DNA from: an uncultured Nitrososphaeria archaeon
Lineage (GTDB): Archaea > Thermoproteota > Nitrososphaeria_A > Caldarchaeales > JAVZCJ01
Reading direction: 5' to 3'
DNA length: 64,000 nucleotides
Assembly: GCA_964532175.1 (NCBI GenBank)
Contig: CAZHGP010000001.1
Location: 21,046-85,045, forward strand
In this document: positions 60,753 through 64,000 of the stretch, piece by piece
Position numbering within the stretch: position 1 is the stretch's first letter
Layout of the letters: every line of letters begins with the position of its first letter
The notes under the pieces: model-generated
What the model saw: only the letters and a program-made list of their open reading frames with translations
Told to the model about the DNA's origin: nothing
Database searches by the model: none
Made by a program: the position numbers and the translations under genes

Positions 60753-61469
60753 TTAAGGCACATTATAATAAATTCTTTTCTTATTTTTCCCTTTATTTTC
60801 TATTTTTAAAAGAATTATTTCTCCTATTTCTTTAGTATTTTTAACATGCGGTCCACCATCTGCTTGAATATCTATTCCTGGTATTTCAACAATTCTTAAT
60901 TCTTCTATTTCAGGCGGCATTTTTTCTGCAAGTTTAATTATTCCAGGTATTTTTAATGCTTCTTCTCTTTTTAAAAAATATATTTTAACTTCTATTGATT
61001 TTTTTACAATTTCATTAGCTTTTCTTATTGCTTCTTCAAATATTGCTCTATCGAATTTTTCTAGACTAAAATCATCTTTTGCATAAATCTCATCTATATG
61101 TCCACCAGTTATTAATGCATTATAATCTTTATACATTATAGAAGAAATTATATGAGCAGCAGTATGTAATCTCATTAATTTATATCTTCTACTCCAATCT
61201 ATTATTCCTTCAATTTCATCTCCTATAGAAAAATTAGGTTCATTTTCTAATATGTGAATAACATTATTTTTCTCTAAATCAATTTTAACATCTATAACTT
61301 TATATTTTTCTCCATTTTTAATTAAGAAGCCAGTATCATTAGTTATTCCTCCAGTTAATGGATGAAAAATAGTTTCATTAAGTATAACTTCTTTTCCATT
61401 TATATCGATTACTTTAGCCTTAAAATTTTTTTGATAACTATCATAAAGATACAATAATTTTGTAACCAT
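60753..61469 (-). CDS. AlaX-like tRNA editing protein (Ala/Thr-tRNA synthetase second-additional-domain family)
   Basis: HTAAHIISSIM (HxxxH zinc motif) and DGGPHVKNTKEIG (a variant of the CGGTH motif). Confidence 0.55.
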   Translation of the reverse strand: MVTKLLYLYDSYQKNFKAKVIDINGKEVILNETIFHPLTGGITNDTGFLIKNGEKYKVIDVKIDLEKNNVIHILENEPNFSIGDEIEGIIDWSRRYKLMRLHTAAHIISSIMYKDYNALITGGHIDEIYAKDDFSLEKFDRAIFEEAIRKANEIVKKSIEVKIYFLKREEALKIPGIIKLAEKMPPEIEELRIVEIPGIDIQADGGPHVKNTKEIGEIILLKIENKGKNKKRIYYNVP

Positions 61470-61626
61470 TTTTCAATATTTAATTAATTAAAGATATTAA
61501 TAAATTTAATTAATGAATTAGAATTATTTTAATTTTTCTTTACTTATAAAATGCATAATAGTGAATCTTTGCTTTTCATTTTTTAAAATTAGAAGTTTTT
61601 GAAAAAAGAATAAAAGTTATTATTTA

Positions 61627-62292
61627 ATGAATAATAAAAATATCAAAATTAATTTATTAAAGCATACCATATTTCAAAATATTCCTTTGAGAAGGGAAAA
61701 TATGAAAATTAAATTATTTATCTTTGATTTAGATAGAACTATAGTAACACTTCCGATAAATTGGATTAAAGTAAAAAATGAAATCAATGAAAAATTAGAA
61801 ATTAATGAAAAACTAACTCCATTATTTCCAAAAATTGAAAAACTAACATATAACAATCTTGAATTAAGAAAGAAAATATTTAAAATTATTGAGAAAGAAG
61901 AAATTAAAATTATTAAAAGAATTTCTTTTAATCCTAAAATATATGAAATTTTTAAAGAATTAAAAAATAGAAATTATAAAATAGCTTTAGTTACTTTTCA
62001 AAGTAAAAAAGCAGCATTAAAAATATTAAAAAAATTAAGGATACTAAAATTCTTTAATAATATTTTAACAAGAGAAAATTCTATAAATAGAGAAGAACAA
62101 ATAAGAATTACTTTAAATAAATTTGGTTTTAAACCTTTTGAAGCTATTATTGTAGCTGATAAAGATGAAGATATTTTAGCAGCTAAAAAAATTGGTTGTA
62201 AAACAATAGCTGTAAAAAATAAAAAAGTTAATTCAAATTATAAAATAAATAATATTATAGAATTATTAAAGTTTTTAGATAAAATTAAGTAG
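61627..62292 (+). CDS. HAD-superfamily hydrolase
   Basis: Motif I FIFDLDRTIV (DxDxT). The motif III/IV region is VADKDEDI. Confidence 0.65.
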   Translation: MNNKNIKINLLKHTIFQNIPLRRENMKIKLFIFDLDRTIVTLPINWIKVKNEINEKLEINEKLTPLFPKIEKLTYNNLELRKKIFKIIEKEEIKIIKRISFNPKIYEIFKELKNRNYKIALVTFQSKKAALKILKKLRILKFFNNILTRENSINREEQIRITLNKFGFKPFEAIIVADKDEDILAAKKIGCKTIAVKNKKVNSNYKINNIIELLKFLDKIK

Positions 62293-62389
62293 AAATTCTA
62301 ATAGAAACATTATAAAAAAAGAATAAACTTTTAATTTAAGAAGAATATATCTTTTAAATCATTTTGGATATGAGAATTGACTCTTATGA

Positions 62390-63526
62390 GTGATCTTAAT
62401 GAATTTAATAGAAAACTTTAAAACAAAATACTCTTATTTAATTTGCTTTATTGCTGCTGCTTCTTGGTCTTTACTTGTGCCAGTTATACCAATTTATGTA
62501 CTTTTTTTAGGGGCTTCTCAATTTGAAATAGGACTTTTAGGCGGGTTTGATTCTATTGCTTATGTATTTGCATCTCTTTTAAGTATTTTAATATCAAAAT
62601 ATATAAGTTTAAAAAAATTATTAATTTCATCAATTTTATTATCTGGTTTATCATGCATATTATTTACTTTTATTAAAAACCCTTTTGAAGCAATATTAAT
62701 AATTATTTTAAGAGGTTTTTCAACAGGATTTTTTTGGCCTATAATTGAAGCATTATTATCTAAAGATTTTAAAATTGAAGAAAAGAAAACTATTTCAAAA
62801 TTTACACTTTCATGGAGTATTGGAGCAATTTTTGGAAGCTCTCTTTCAGGTCCTTTAATGGAATTTTTTAATTTAAAACAAATATTTTATTTAACTGGCT
62901 TTCCTTTTATTTTCTTATCATTAATATCAATTTTCTTAATTGAAGAAGAAAGAGAAGAAATTAAAGGAGAAAATAATATAGAATATGAAAAAATTTTAAA
63001 GCTTAAAGATGCATGGCTTTTATCATTAATATATGGTTTTCTTTTAGGAATAATTTTTTATCTTTTTCCAGCTTATATAGAGATTATTGGTTTTTCACAA
63101 ATATTTATAGGAGCTACTATTTTCTCATTTTTCATTTTTAGAGCATTATTTTTTTGGATTTATCAAAAGATTTCCATGAAATATGCAACTGAAATTGGGC
63201 TTTTTCTATGTGGATTAGGCTTTTTGAATATATTTTTAATAAAAAATCCAATTTTAATTATTTTAGGAAATTCTCTTATTGGAATTGGCTCAAGTATAAT
63301 TTATTCTATAAGTTTAAAAATGGTTTTTTCTAATATAAAAAATGAAGCTACTATTTTAACTGGTTTTTTTGAAGCTATCCTAGCTATAGGTTTTCTTTTA
63401 GGGCCTTTAATTGGAGGATTATTAGCTGAAAAGAATTTAGTTTATCCATACTTAATGGGCTTTTTAATTTCTATTTTCTCAATTATTTTATTAAACATGA
63501 GGCGAATAAATTGGCTAGGAAAATAA
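62390..63526 (+). CDS. MFS-type transporter
   Basis: About 11-12 TM helices and an MFS-like loop motif. Confidence 0.6.
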   Translation: MILMNLIENFKTKYSYLICFIAAASWSLLVPVIPIYVLFLGASQFEIGLLGGFDSIAYVFASLLSILISKYISLKKLLISSILLSGLSCILFTFIKNPFEAILIIILRGFSTGFFWPIIEALLSKDFKIEEKKTISKFTLSWSIGAIFGSSLSGPLMEFFNLKQIFYLTGFPFIFLSLISIFLIEEEREEIKGENNIEYEKILKLKDAWLLSLIYGFLLGIIFYLFPAYIEIIGFSQIFIGATIFSFFIFRALFFWIYQKISMKYATEIGLFLCGLGFLNIFLIKNPILIILGNSLIGIGSSIIYSISLKMVFSNIKNEATILTGFFEAILAIGFLLGPLIGGLLAEKNLVYPYLMGFLISIFSIILLNMRRINWLGK

Positions 63527-64000
63527 GACTTAGATACACAGGTTTAATTACATTTTCTTCAAGAGTTTTTAGTATTTTTACTGGATTAATATTTGTTACA
63601 ACTGTTACTCGAAATGTTCCAATTTATGATTTTGGAATTTGGCAATATATTTCACAATTAATATCATATTTCCTATTTCCATTATGTATTATAAATTATT
63701 GGTCTACAAGATACATTGCTAGGAATATGAAAGTAGGAAAAACAAGTTTATTATTAACTGGCTTATTTTCTATGATATCATTCATTTTTTTCTTAATAAT
63801 TTCCCCATATATTGCAAAAAGTGTTAATACAGATATAAATTTTTTCATATTAGGTAGTTTAATACTTATTTTTCTATCTTTAATAAATAATCTTGATTCT
63901 ATTGCTTATGGTTATAAACCTCATGTCCCATCTTATGGTTTCATAATTTTTGAAATAATAAAAGTAGTTTTAGGATTAATTACAGTATTTTATATGAGAA
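63511..64000 (+). CDS. Polysaccharide-biosynthesis / Wzx-like flippase (MATE-like membrane protein), 5' part; continues beyond the window
   Basis: The open frame runs to the window end. …RYTGLITFSSRVFSIFTGLIFVTTVTRNVPIYDFGIWQY… resembles the Wzx N-terminus. The only nearby start is TTG at 63511. Confidence 0.35.
   Translation, partial: MARKIRLRYTGLITFSSRVFSIFTGLIFVTTVTRNVPIYDFGIWQYISQLISYFLFPLCIINYWSTRYIARNMKVGKTSLLLTGLFSMISFIFFLIISPYIAKSVNTDINFFILGSLILIFLSLINNLDSIAYGYKPHVPSYGFIIFEIIKVVLGLITVFYMR

Noticed and set aside
63511-63526. Possibility that the MFS transporter and the downstream membrane protein are a single fused gene
   Set aside because: The MFS frame ends in a TAA at 63524-63526 and the downstream Wzx-like frame is +1 relative to it. 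They are separate overlapping genes unless there is a sequencing error.

Overview
This is an AT-rich window (roughly 27-30% GC by eye) that is almost certainly archaeal. Supporting genes are Alba, the Hjc resolvase, the proteasome beta subunit, Cdc48/VCP, GatD/GatE, archaeal-type CysRS and ValRS-like synthetases, Taw1, geranylgeranyl reductase, archaemetzincin and an AlaX-like editing protein. No rRNA or tRNA genes or CRISPR arrays were found. Most of the window is densely packed housekeeping and metabolic genes: an EtfB-EtfA-FAD-oxidase operon, galK-galT, deoC, pyrE, dcd, dCMP deaminase, HypF, and a tungsten AOR with its Fe-S subunit. Several stretches look accessory. (1) Around 4.5-6.4 kb lies a frameshifted IS200/IS605-type TnpB with a RuvC-III substitution, followed downstream by a GC-rich, highly structured ~260 bp RNA-like element, and next to it a truncated helix-hairpin-helix (HhH)-domain gene fragment. 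(2) At 2.8-4.4 kb there is a tandem-repeat coiled-coil protein with a putative PD-(D/E)xK-type nuclease C-terminus, an orphan MoaD/SAMP-like GG-tail protein, and a coiled-coil membrane protein. (3) At 23.2-24.7 kb there is an Mrr-like endonuclease-fold protein plus a Cys-rich protein. (4) At 28.1-29.1 kb a GC-shifted islet carries a membrane-anchored ArsR-type regulator, a palindromic operator and gene debris. (5) At 31.1-32.7 kb a nucleotidyltransferase-kinase fusion is coupled to cysS. (6) The region 39.8-46.8 kb is the most unusual: four paralogous small winged helix-turn-helix (wHTH) proteins bracket the AOR/ferredoxin pair, and one of them is divergently placed upstream of a NurA-like nuclease/HerA-like ATPase pair that has no Mre11/Rad50 partners in the window. 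All functional calls come from motifs recognised by eye in the translations; no database search was run.
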